From: Gracilinanus agilis
Lineage: Eukaryota
Length of the DNA: 58,437 bases
Direction of reading: 5' to 3'
Assembly (NCBI RefSeq): GCF_016433145.1
Contig: NC_058133.1
Coordinates: forward strand, 249,842,026-249,900,462
Positions 10,301 through 22,239 of this stretch are shown here, piece after piece. Each line of letters opens with the position of its first letter. Positions within the stretch are counted from its first letter, which is position 1. The translations under genes were made by a program, and so were the position numbers. The notes below the pieces were generated by a model. The model ran no database searches, was not told the origin of the DNA, and saw nothing but the letters and a program-made list of their open reading frames with translations.

Positions 10301-13300
10301 GTGGCAGAGTAAATAGAAATCTGGTCTTGGAGTTAGAGGACCTAGGTTCAAGCCTATTAATTAAGACCCTTGCTTAGCTGTGTGACTCTCATCAAAGCAC
10401 ATAACCACCAAGTGTTTCCTCATCTGAAAATGGGGATAATATCTGTATTACCTACATTACAGAGCAGTTATGAAGACTTGTACACCTTTAAGTGTCACAT
10501 GAATATGAGTTGTATATCACTGTTAAATTCAAAGGCACGTCAACTGAGATGGACCAAAAAGACTACAAAGGAAGTGGAACTTGAAGAATGGGTTAGGGTA
10601 AGCCAGGCAGGGCAAAATAGAAAAAAGCAAAACAAAACTGTATTTCTGTTCCTACCAGACTATAGAGCTACATCTCCCTGGACTAGCTTTTCAATAAGGC
10701 TTAGGAACTCATGAATGCTATTCATACTCTGCTAAAACAGGAAGTAGAAAAAGGTTGTGGGGGGCTGTCACTAGAGGGGAGAGCCCCCTGCTCCCTTATT
10801 ATTTCCCCTTTTCTAGGGCAGAACGAACACTGGGCAATATCCTTAAGAGCAAGGGTTGGAGGTGAGGCTGTGATCATGGGTAAAAGGCAGGGGATATTTG
10901 GGTGGGGGTTCCACAGTGACCTCCTTCCTGCTGACCCTGCCCCCCAATTCCCTTTTTTCAGGCGATCCAGCTATATCATCACTACCAAAATCTTTTGGGG
11001 AGGACAGTGAGTATCTCCTTTCCCTATAGCCTCCACCAGGGATGACAATCTAGAGCAGGGACATGATAGTTGTCCAAATATTTGAAAGGCTGTCATGTAG
11101 AAAACTTGTTCTATTTATCCCTTGTGGGGGGAAAAGGAGCAATGGGTAAAATTTGCAGAGAGGCAGATTTAAGTTCAAAATCAGGAATATCTTCCTAATA
11201 ATGAGAATTTTTTTTAAATGAAGTGAATTGCCTCTCGTCATAATGTGGTTTCCTTCACTTAAGATTTTCAAGCAGAGGCTTTTGAGGTGTAGTTTGAGGT
11301 GTAATTTACTGAGGAAAAAGGACTGTGTGATTTTTATCTCTACAACCCTAGCATCTAGCACAGTGCCTGGCACATATCGGTGATTAATAAATGCTTGCTG
11401 ATTACTCATTGTAAAAAAGATTCATGACTCTGGAGTCCTTTCTAAATCTGAAGGTCTGCAAATGTGGAAGGTACAAAGATTCTTATACCTTATATATCGA
11501 TGCAGTTTTGCCCTCTGTCAAGAGATGTGGAGATACATTAGGTTGCAATTGTTACCACCTATTTTCACCATCATCCAGTGCTCAATTTTTCCCACAGGGC
11601 AGAGACTGAGAGAGGCTTGAGCAGAAAACACATCATTGAGGGTGAGAGATTAGGAATGGGGAAGGAAAGTGGGAATTTGGGAATGGGGTAAGGAATCAAG
11701 AGAATGCAAGAAAACAAACCAGAGGAGAAGGAGGATTCAGGGGCCAAGGGTTAGGAAAGCAAATTAAGAAGCTGGGATGGTGGGAGGGGGGAAGATGGGT
11801 ATCATATCAGGGGATGAGATAGGAACTGCTAAACTTCAAGAGGCAGAAAATTAAGGAGCTGGAAATCAGGGGTCCATATCGGAGGAGACTGGGGTACTTA
11901 TCTTTTCTTCCCCTTCCTCCAGGCTTGTGGGGCTCCCTGGAACGGCTTCAACTAGGATACGTAGACATAGTCTTCGCCAATCGCTCGGACCCCAACAGTC
12001 CCATGGAGGGTGAAAATAACCCCAAGAATGCCCAAACCTAGACAGAGATGGCCATAAACCTAGGAATCACTTCCCCAACTCTAATCACTGACTCCAGAGT
12101 TTTCCAAGGACTCCATATAACCTCATATAGAGAAATACACTGACAATAGAGTACTCTCAGTTTTCCCACCTCCCCTTTCAGGGATTCCTGATATCCAAAG
12201 TGGATAAGGGAAAGCGGAGTTGGGAAGGGTTGGGCAGAATACAAGTGTCAACCCTTCAATCACACATAGAAATATCTGGGTTCTTGGAGGGAAATGGCAG
12301 TAGGGAAGAGGGCTCATCCATCTGGGAGATTGTATGCCTGAAACCCAGGGATCTAACTGTCAGGATTTCATCACCCTCACATATCTAGAGATTGTCCGGG
12401 CCATGACCTTTGTCATTAACCAGGGGCTGGCACTGTACTGGGGGACATCACGTTGGGGGGCTACAGAAATCATGGTAAGTGCCTCCCTACTATACATTTC
12501 CTTAAAAATACTACAATCTCCAATCCTCTGAATAGATGTCTAACAAGTACCTGGGTTGGGGAGAGGAGGTGAGGGAGGGAACTGATGCTTACTTCCTCCA
12601 AACATTCAATTCAGGAGGCCTACTCAGTGGCCCGACAATTCAACTTAATTCCCCCTGCATGTGAACAAGCCGAATACCACCTGTTTCAGAGAGATAAGAT
12701 GGAGACACAACTGCCTGAGCTCTACCACAAGATAGGTAAGAGACCACTCTGCCTGACATCTTCTCTAGCCTCAGTCTCCCCAGCCCTTCTCTCTCACCTT
12801 TACCATCCTTTCTTCTACACACTCATCTCTAGATTACTCCTTCTTGCTCACCATTAAAATTGGTCTTCACCCTGTCCCTATTCCTCCTCCTTCTCTCTTC
12901 TTGCTCTCAGGTGTTGGCTCAGTGACCTGGTCCCCTTTGGCCTGTGGTGTCATCACTAGCAAGCATGAAGGAAGAATCCCAGAAACCTATAGGGGGACCA
13001 TCAAGGTAAAGGGCTGTTAGGACTAAGATCCCTGGGTACCTAAAGAGAGCAAGGATTGGGGGGAGGGGAGGATTCAGCTGTCTGAGCCACTTGGGGAGAA
13101 AAAAGATAGAGGAGTCTATTAGTTATTCTTGCCCCCTGCCCATCTCCATTTCTCTTCCAGGGCTACCAGTGGCTCAAGGACAAAGTACAGAGTGAAGATG
13201 GCAAGAAGCAACAGGTCAAGGTCATGGACCTGCTCCCCATTGCTCACCAAATGGGTTGCACGGTGGCCCAGCTTTCTATTGGTGAGGAAATATTGCTGTC

Positions 13301-14367
13301 AGAACCCCAAACTCTATATAAAAGTATTCTCTGTCCTCCTATAAACTCTTAACCCTACCCTAAAACAGACTTGTCCCTGTTAGACATTTTCTTTCTCAGA
13401 ATCAGAGCTAAGAAGAGAGGAGAAATAAGGACTATGAGGAGAGAAAAAAAAAAAAACAAAAGCAGTATCCTCTCTGCCTTCAAAGAGTTTTATCATAGTT
13501 TATCACAATTTATCACAAGATTTTATTTTAGTTTGGGATGGGGGGAAAGGAAACATATAAATATATGTAATTATAATGGCTAGATCTAAATAGCACTTTA
13601 AGATTTAAAAATAGCTTTACCCAAATGATCTCACTTGGTCTTCACAAATGCTCGAATTTACTTGCCATTTTGGTCAAGCTGTATTTCATTCTTTTAGGAA
13701 ATTTCTGGTGTGGAAACTCACTCCACTTATGCAGATTGGTACCTGGTCTGTAAAATTCTAATCCTAGTGAGTTGCATGAGACACTGAGAGGCAGCATTTG
13801 AAGTCTTCCTAAGTCTAGCTAACACTATGAGCTACATCACGCGCCTTTATTAGTTGATGTATTTTGAGGGATAGGGGGCCCCAAAACTTCGATTTCAGAT
13901 GTAGGTTTGGAACCAGGAAACATCCTCTACCTACACACACCTGTCAATGCTCTGAAATTTATAATCTTAGAGAACTGCCCATAGAAAATGTTTATGTGCC
14001 CAAGAGAAGGCTTCACTGAAGGAGAGTCTCCAGGTCCTCACTCTTTCCCTCCTTTGGGCTTGCTCCTCTCCCTCCTCTTTCCACCCCAGCCTGGTGTCTC
14101 CGCAGTGAGGCTGTCAGCTCCGTCCTGCTGGAGGTGTCCAACACCGAGCAACTGATGGAAAACTTGGGAGCTCTGCAGGTGAGGGGGGCTGCTATCCCAG
14201 GGCTCAGCTCTTCTTTGGGGTTCCCAAGCCCCGTTCCCTTCTCGTGGTACTCCCGACTCTAACTCGCAGCGCCTTCCTCTCCTCCCCAGGTGCTGGGCCA
14301 GCTAACACCCCAGAAGGTGCTGGAGATCGACGGACTCCTGGGAAACAAACCCCACTCCAAAAAATAG
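7348..14367 (+). CDS. KCNAB3: Voltage-gated potassium channel beta subunit 3 (Kv-beta3, aldo-keto reductase fold), 409 aa
   Basis: 14 exons: 7348-7604, 9233-9276, 9384-9421, 9776-9855, 10817-10861, 10962-11006, 11598-11641, 11923-12009, 12389-12474, 12615-12735, 12911-13005, 13161-13281, 14090-14178, 14290-14367; 1230 nt in frame, all GT-AG. N-terminal inactivation peptide [22 protein letters not shown]; motifs [30 protein letters not shown]; C-terminus [10 protein letters not shown]. Confidence 0.98.
11060..11290 (+). mobile_element. CR1/L3 (or MIR3) 3' fragment in KCNAB3 intron 6
   Basis: aaatatttgaaaggctgtcatgtag...gcagagaggcagatttaagttcaaaatcagga...aagattttcaagcagaggct resembles the L3 3' end. 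Confidence 0.6.
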
Positions 14368-14760
14368 CGTCCCTCCCGCCAGGCGCAGGCGCAGGCGCCG
14401 CCGCCTTCACAGCCAGCACCGCGATCCTCCACGGCCCGAGCCAGCGCCAGCAATAGCGCCTACAACTGCAGCAGCAGCAGCCTCCTCCAGCTCTCCCGGC
14501 AGCCAGGCGGCCAGAACCCGAAAGAACGTTTCCCCACCTCAGGCGGGAGGCCCCCGTGACCCCGCCCTCTAAGGAGTCCCCGGATGGCCCCGCCCACCAA
14601 GGATTCCCGGCTACATGCATGATCTTATAAGCCATATCCTGCCATAGCATGGCTGGGGAAGGAAAGTAGTTCGCCACACCTTTTCCCACCGCCCAGTGTT
14701 CGGCCGTCTCTTCCCAGCGTATAGCTTTTCCCGGGCATGAGTTGGGGTTGGGGGGGAGGG
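14330..14760. promoter_or_regulatory. CpG island over the KCNAB3 last exon and 3'UTR with promoter-like motifs
   Basis: CpG-dense; NRF1-like GCGCAGGCGCAGGCGC at 14383-14398; GC boxes CCCCGCCC at 14560 and 14588; nearby TGACATCA at 14882 and a perfect CRE TGACGTCA at 15071. Confidence 0.6.
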
Positions 14761-15472
14761 TATCTTTTCTCTTCTCTCCGCCCTGTTCTTTTCCCGCTTT
14801 GTTCTCCTGCCGTCTTCCTCCTCTCCCTCCATAAAACTGCGCGGAGGTCTGAAAGAATACACCCGTCAGAAAGAGATTGCGTGACATCATCTGAGAGAGA
14901 CAGGAAGAGTTAGGCCAGAGGTGCAAAAGGCAACATAAACACAACCGATTCCAGTTAAGGGAGAGGTGGACTTGACTACCAGGGCACCTGAGATGCCTTC
15001 AGAAGAGAAACCATGCTGAAAGAGTGGTGACCATCATTCTGAGACGGGCTGTTCAAAATCAGCGTCAGGATGACGTCAGAAGGCACCAAGAAAGCGAGCC
15101 CCTTCCCACCACACACAGAACTTCGACCACATTGGGGATGCCGAGGATTCTCCCTTTCCTCAGATGTAAAATGATGCACAGCATACATAAGGCATTGGTG
15201 GGACTTAGTCAGGCCCATGGACTTTACAGGTGGAGTTGTATAAGATACCAGAAATGTTAGCACTTGACAGGAAGTTGATATCACGATATCACGTGGGTGG
15301 CCAGCTGGCATGATGAACATGGCATCCTTTAGCACCCATGCTGGGGAGTGGAGCCCTCATAGAATGGCCCCCAGGTGATGGGTTTTGAGAAATGGAAAGT
15401 TAGCCCAGAGGAAAGCTGCCCTTTGCCCTTGGCAGTAATCCTAAAGCAATAATAATGGGCCTTCCCAGGGAA

Positions 15473-15478
15473 AATAAA
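15473..15478 (+). terminator. Candidate KCNAB3 polyadenylation signal
   Basis: AATAAA about 1.1 kb after the stop; usage not provable from sequence. Confidence 0.4.
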
Positions 15479-16470
15479 AACTTAGCTTCTTCTTCATCGA
15501 GTCTTTCCGGGGAAGGGGGTATTTCCCAATATTCAGATACCTAGGCCCAATACTCCTAGGTTCATTTTCCCAATCTTTCTTGGAGAGTTCATTAGGCTTC
15601 CTATGATTGAAATTTGCCTCAGGGATCCCCCTATAGCTAGTTTCCATCAAAGGTCCAGGCTAACACACAAGCTCTAGGTCTTTCCCTAGTCTCCTATCCC
15701 CAAATTCTTCATACACTCGGACATCTGGTTCCACAGAATCATAGAATTCAGAGGTGGAAGGGAACATTTTCACTGTTCTATCTTTTTACCTTCTAAGTGA
15801 CTTTTTTTTAAACACAGTTACATCTAATGTACTTAAAGATCTCCAGAACTTCTCTTCTTCCTTTACTACCACTTCAGTTGTCACTTCTTTAGCATATCAT
15901 CTATATAATGCCACTGACTATAGATTCATAAGTTTAATAGTGAAAAGAAACTCAGAGACCTCTCCTTTTTTGAGGAAACTGTCCCAGGGAAGCTAAATGA
16001 TTGGGTCAAGGTAACACAGCTAGTAAGTCTGAGGTGATATTTGAATTTAGGTCCTTTCCAGATTCAGTACTTTTTCCATTGAACACATTTTCCCATTTTA
16101 ACTCTTTACTGGTTTTTTTCTGCCTCCTTTCCTTAAGGTTTGCAAAGTGTTTCACATACATTGTTTTATTTGATCTACTTACAAACATTGTGAGGATGAG
16201 GAAACAAGCCAAGACAGATTAAGTAGTTTACTCATAATCACAAAATAAGTATCAGTAACAGGATTCAAATCCAGCGCTAATCTTGATACTTGAGTCCTAA
16301 TTTTTTTTTCACTATACTCCATTGCTTCTCATTGGTCCCTCTAATTATAGATATTCTCCAAGGCTCAGTCTTAAGGACTCTGTTCTTTAAGCTCTATATT
16401 TTCTCTCTCAGATGCTATGAAATTATTATAAAACTTAAATCTTGAAAGGGACATTAGATATGGTCTAGAC

Positions 16471-16672
16471 CAGTGATGGGCAAACTATAGCCTGCAGGCC
16501 AGATCCGGCCCCCTGAAATGTTCTATCCCACTGCAAGACATTATTCCTAATCTGACAAATACAATGAGTAGGATACTATACAATGAAACTTCGAAAGAGT
16601 TGCCTTAGAAACAGACTGATGGATGAGCATTTCCTTTCCTTTGGCCCCCTCTAAAAAGTTTTCCCATCACTG
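16471..16672. mobile_element. Non-autonomous hAT-Charlie DNA transposon (MITE), 202 bp
   Basis: TIRs CAGTGATGGGCAAACT and AAGTTTTCCCATCACTG; 8-bp TSD GTCTAGAC (16463-16470) / GTCTAGAT (16673-16680) matches the NTCTAGAN Charlie target; inserted in a MIR-like sequence. Confidence 0.92.
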
Positions 16673-17249
16673 GTCTAGATCATTATGTACCCTCTTTATT
16701 TTGGAAATGAGGAACTGAGGCCCTACGATTCTTGCATTCTAAGATGCTGCCCACAAGTATTCATTCCCTCTTTGGAGTCAGAGGACCTGTATTTGAATAG
16801 TGGCCATATTACTCAATTGCCCCATGACCTTGAGTAATCTATATCTCTCAGCCTCAGTTTACTTATCTACAGAATAAGACAATTCAATTTGATAATCTCC
16901 AAGCACCCTTCAAGTTCCACATCCTCTGATCCCATCTGTGCCATGATTCTGGGCAAACTACTTTATCTTCATCTATAAAATTTGCAGGTTGGTCCCAACA
17001 ATCTCTACTTACCTTCAAAAGCTTTAAATACAGTGATATTGGAGTTTTAGGCCGCCCCCCCCATAGGACTCAGTTTCCCTATTTCTTATGATGGAGTTGG
17101 ACTCAATCTCAAAGCATCCTTCTAACTTCGGATCCTATAGTCCTCTTAATATTGTTAAACCTGAAGCAGCCTGGGTGGGAATGTGGGGAAATGCTGGCAG
17201 GCTGGAAAATGTCCAGTAACCAGGAAAGTGAAAGACCTCAAATTCATGA

Positions 17250-17590
17250 TAGATGAGGGTTGGTTGAAGGAACCAAGTCCATTTAACCTAGAGAGAAGAT
17301 GTGGAAGAAGGGTGGCATAGCTGTCTTTAAGTTATTTGAAGGACTGTCCTCAGATGAGGAATATTGGACTTGTTCTGCTTGGTCCCACAAGACAGAAATA
17401 GGAGAAAGAGGTGGAAGTTACAAACACCCAAATTTAGGCTTTATACAAGGAAAAACTTTCTAACAACTAGAATTAACTAAAAATGATTTCTTAGGAAGAA
17501 GTGGGATCCTTGACACTGGAGGTCTTTAATCAAAAGCTGGATTAGCTATGTTGTAGAAGAAATTCTTATTCAGTTATAGGTTGTGATATA
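17250..17590 (+). mobile_element. CR1/L3 LINE 3' fragment
   Basis: tttaacctagagagaaga...gctgtctttaagttatttgaaggactgtc...gacttgttctgcttggtccc...aaatttaggct...aaaactttctaacaactaga. Confidence 0.7.
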
Positions 17591-19536
17591 TAGCTTCTGA
17601 GAGCCCTTCTAACTAAATTTCTGAAGCACAAAAAGATGAAAAGGAACTTGTCTAAGCTCATACAGGAAATAAGAACAAAATCAGTGTTTTAACCTGTCGC
17701 CAACTTCAAAGTTATTTCCACTATCCTACCAAATCTATACCTTCCCCTACTGTATACCCAGCTATATCACATTAGGATGAACTGATTCTCATATTTGAGC
17801 ATCTAGGCAAGGAAGACACAGGATGAAGACATGCAGAAGCAGAGATGGTCCCCAAAAGATAACAGAAAATAAAATAAGTAGAAAACTGGATTCCAGTATA
17901 GATACAGAAATCCATAAAGAGATTGAGAAAAGTAAAAAACCAACAAATGGGGCAGGTGGATATCCTCCCCAAAGAAGACAGTTTCCATGGAATTAGAAAT
18001 GGATAAAGATTTGCTTAAGTCCCTCAGGAGCATCAGATCACTAGGGAATACAATCAGAATGTCATCTCTATTTTCCCTCTAGCCCTACTCTCCCATCAGA
18101 CTGTTCCCCCTATTTTCTATCACCACCATTTTCCCTCACTAAATCCGGAAAAGGTACACCTAACCCTTCACCTAGAAGAAAAAAAGTAATTGCTTGGCCA
18201 AGCTCATAGCCGGCTCATTCAATCAAGAAAAATGTACTGACATTCTAGCCCTTAATTATTCCTACCATCCATTTTCTAGTCACCTCAAGTCATGTGACTT
18301 GTGAGAACTGTGAGAACACAAAGCACAACCAGAGGCTTATTTCTAACTCAATATCTCAAAACTTGCCTATCTAAATGAGTATTGTTCCATTCAAAACTGT
18401 TCTGTTGAGAAGTTGTGCATATTTATTTCAATTGTGCAGCCATTGCTCAGGGCATTCCTGGAATGCTTTTTGATAATCACCTGATCTCTCTTATTACCCC
18501 TTTGAATAATCAAATTCAATATCAGACATGCATTTCCCCCACCCCCATCCCAAGCAAACATTTCCTGTCTTAATAATCCCACACTTTTCTTGATTTTAAT
18601 TGACAGTTTGACATTTCCAAATTTTTAATTCAAGGGAAAATATTTGCTACCACTAAGGATAGTCACAAGGATATTAAAGATTCTTAAGACAATCACTAGA
18701 TCTGAAAAAGACATTAGAGTTTGTTTAAATCATATTAATGATCAGGAAACCAAGTTGCAGACAAATAAATCCTAGGAATGACTTGAACAACTAGGATAAC
18801 TATGGTTTTCCAAGATGACAGCTTTGAAGGGGTCAGTACTTATTTACACATATAAGTTGTGGTTTGTCTAAAAAATGTTTCATTTCCACTTCATATAAGA
18901 AATAATCCTCGCTCTTTAGGAGTTAATAGGTTAGTTGGGATTTACAAATATGATTGGGGCACAGAAGTAATGGTGGCAGTATGCTGCCTTCCTGAAGATG
19001 GAAGACAGAGGATGCCTGGAAGTCATTGTATGATTCTCTATCAAAGGACTGTAATATCTGAATGACCTCCCAGGAGGTTTCTTTCTTGGATACACTTGCT
19101 ACCTCAGTTCTTCAATGAGAAACGTGGGGACAGACCTCCAAAAGATGGCAATGTTCTGCCCCATCTCTACTAGACAGAACCAAGGCTTAGCTTAGGGCTA
19201 TTACAAAGTATCAAAACTTCAAAATCTATACTTAGACTCTTCTGTGGTCACAACCCAGGGCCAATACTACTCAAAAGAGTATGTTCAACATACTGTGGCA
19301 TCAAGATTTACTGAAAATGGCAGAAATGGAAATAAAATGGCAATGTTCTCCTGCAAGGAGTCCTTTACTTCTCATCATTTTCCAAAACCTACCTATAGAC
19401 TTACTCTCAGGATTTCAGGTTTGCCAATCAAAAGCACCCATAGATTATAGAGGGAATAAGTTGGAGGGGTACATCCAGAATACAGACTGATTCTCAAATA
19501 GGATTTGAGAGCTAGAAGGGATTCCAAAAGCCATCT

Positions 19537-20936
19537 GCCAAAGGACCCAGAGGCCTGACCCTGACCTCGGACCTTCCCCCACACTCCTCCCCCACATGCA
19601 TGAAGAGGAGTACCAGGAGGGGCCAGGATTTCAACTGCCCGTGGGAGCTGTGGCCTCCATCCTAAGACACAGCTTGGTTCTGCCCACTGGGGCCATCCAG
19701 GTCCAGGGCTATGGCTTCAACTGAGGCCTGGACTATGACGTTCTCCTCTGTGCCATGGGCACCATGAGCTTCCAAGACACCAGCTTTGGCCATGCAGTGC
19801 AGCAGGTCAATGCAATGATTGAGAAGAAGCTGGAGCCTCTAGGGGAGGCAGAGGAGGAGAACTACGTGGACCTGAATCCGAGCCATTGGCCAATGAGCCA
19901 ATGCACTATCTTCTTGGGCTACACATCAAATCTAGTCAGCTCTGATGTCTGAGAGACCATATGTTACCTGGTTGCAGCACAACATGGTGGATGTTCTGGT
20001 GACAACTGCAGGTGGTATAGGGGAGGATCTGACAAATGCTTGGCACCTACATATCTGGAAGAATTTAGCCTGAAGGGGAAGGGCCTGAGACAAAATGGCA
20101 TCAACAGGTTCGGAAACCTACTTGTCCCCAATGACAATTACTGCAAGTTTGAGAACTGGCTGATACCGATTTTGAGCCAGATGGTTCTGGAGCAAAATAC
20201 AGAGGGAGTGAAATGGACCCCTTCGAAGATGATTGCTCAACTGGTCAAAGAACTCAACAACCCAGAGTCTGTGTATTACTGGGCACAGAAAAACAACATC
20301 CTAGTGCTAAGCTCAACTTTGACAGATGGCTCTCTTGGCAATATAATATTCTTCTACTCATATAAGAACCCTGGGCTGGTGCTGGACATCATGGAGGACT
20401 TAGGACTCATCAATGCCAAGTGAACTGGCATGATCATTCTCAGAGGAGGCCAGGTGAAATACCATATTGCCAATGCCAACCTCATGAGGAATGGAGCTGA
20501 TTATGCTATCTATATCAATGTGGCCCAGGAATTTGATGGCTCAGGTTCAGGTGCAAGGCCAGATGAAGCTGTGTCCTGGGGCAAAATCAGAATGGATGCA
20601 AGGCCAGTTAAGGTCTATACCGATGCTTCTCTTGTCTTCCTTCTGCTTGTAGCAGAGACTTTTGCCCAGAAAACTGGGGCCTTTACTCCTGAGAAAAACA
20701 ATGGCGGAGCAGCTGGTTCCAATAAAGACCTGGAAGATGGAGGTCCTTACCTCTGACCCCCCCCATTTATTCTCTAAGTCTCTAAATTACTTCTTAGGCA
20801 TCCCCAACATTCATGGTACCCTGGCCAAGATCAGCAAATACCCAGGCCTGGGATGAAGGTCATGTGGCAGGTAATGGTACAGATCCCTAAGGCCAATAAA
20901 CTTCATGCATCTCATCCAAAAATAAACAAAAACAAA
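19537..20936 (+). pseudogene. DHPS: Processed (retro-) pseudogene of deoxyhypusine synthase
   Basis: Intronless, nearly full-length DHPS homology from the ATG at 19596 (...[15 protein letters not shown]...[11 protein letters not shown]...[15 protein letters not shown]...[15 protein letters not shown]...[12 protein letters not shown]...AETFAQK). In-frame TGA at 19722, 19950 and 20421; +1 and -1 frameshifts near 19970 and 20035; AATAAA at 20895; A-rich tail remnant at 20918-20936. The 5' boundary is approximate. Confidence 0.96.
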
Positions 20937-20944
20937 TACTGTCT

Positions 20945-21100
20945 TATTTGATCTTCACAACAGCCTTGTGAAGTAGGTGCTATTAGTATCCCCATTTCAC
21001 AGTTGAAGAAACTGAAGCCAACAGAGGTTAAGCAACTTGCTCAGAGTCATGTAGTAAGAGATTTCTGAAGCCAGATTTCAACTTCTGTATTCCAGTACCA
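20945..21100 (-). mobile_element. MIR SINE fragment
   Basis: atttgatcttcacaacagccttgtgaagtaggtgctatt...ccccatttcacagttgaagaaactgaagcc...gaggttaagcaacttgctcagagtca. Confidence 0.75.
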
Positions 21101-21960
21101 GTGTGTGCCATGTCAAGAATGAAATCTACTAGCAAGGTTTAACACAGAGGTACAGATCCCAGGAGTAAGCCACTGGAAAACTCCTTTTACATTAAAATTA
21201 AGCCATTAACAACTACTCTGAGACTGTCCCAATACTGAACCCATATACCATATTATCATCTGGTCTACATCTCTCCAACATTTCCAAAAGAAAAATTTGA
21301 GAAATTATGAAAAGTTGGCTCAAACTAAATATACTATGTGCCATTCCTCCCTCCTCTAATTGTTTAATAATCTGTCCAAAAAAGAAATGGAGTTAGTCTG
21401 GCATAACCTGTTCCTAAAGACGTCATACTGGTTCTTTGTAATCAGTTTCTTCTACTTCAATTGCCAATCATCTCTTTAAAGGACCCATTCTAGAATTTTC
21501 ATGGAATATAACTCAAGTTTAATGATCTCTAGTTTGCAGACTGTTCTCTTCCTTTCTTTGGGGGAAAATTAGTAATATTTGCCCTTCTTTAGTCTTGTGG
21601 TCCACATCTCCTGTTTTCTATGATCTTTCAAATATCAGTGGCATCAAGCAATCATATCTACCAGTTCTTTTAGGATATAAATTTATTTGGGACAAGGGAC
21701 TTGAGTTCATCAAGGATAAGGTAGGTGCTCTCTATTCATTGATCTTGGACATTGACTCCTTATCAATCATTTCCCCTTTTATTTCCTGTGTAAAGCTTAT
21801 CTTCCTTTGCAGAGAAAACAGAAACAAACTAAGAAATGAGCAACCCTGTCTTCTCTCTGTGGTTGCCTCTTCCTATCTTTTCCAAGTAGAGGTCTTACTC
21901 CTTCTCTGAACCTTTAAAAAAAAATCCCAATTCGGGGTGTCCCAAAAGTCTTAGTGCAGA

Positions 21961-22155
21961 TTTTAAAAAAACCCTTACCTTCTATCTTAGAATCACCAAG
22001 GCAGAAGAATGGTAAAGACTAGGCAATTGGGGGTGGGAGGAGACAATTGATTTGCCCAGGGTCCCACAGCTAGGAAGTGTCTGAGGCTAGATTTGAGCCT
22101 AGGATCTTCCACCTCTAGACCTGGTTCTCAATCCACTGAGCCATTTAGCTGCCCC
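21961..22155 (-). mobile_element. SINE1_Mdo-like element
   Basis: aaacccttaccttctatcttagaatc...ttgcccagggtcccacagctaggaagtgtctgaggctagatttga...agctgccccc. Confidence 0.85.
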
Positions 22156-22239
22156 CTTAGTCCAGATTTAAACTCTAGTGGCTTAAATCTATACTAAGAC
22201 TTTTGATTTTTGTTGTATTGTTTCTTGATGTCTTGTGAA

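Noticed and set aside
14204-14944. 246-aa minus-strand ORF antisense to the KCNAB3 last exon
   Set aside because: Begins at a non-ATG codon, is low-complexity, has no recognisable domain, and is explained by stop-poor GC-rich DNA.
20040-20756. ORFs 20040-20423 and 20430-20756 as a functional split DHPS
   Set aside because: They are fragments of one retrocopy separated by stops and frameshifts; the first ORF starts at TTG; the enzyme needs the intact chain.
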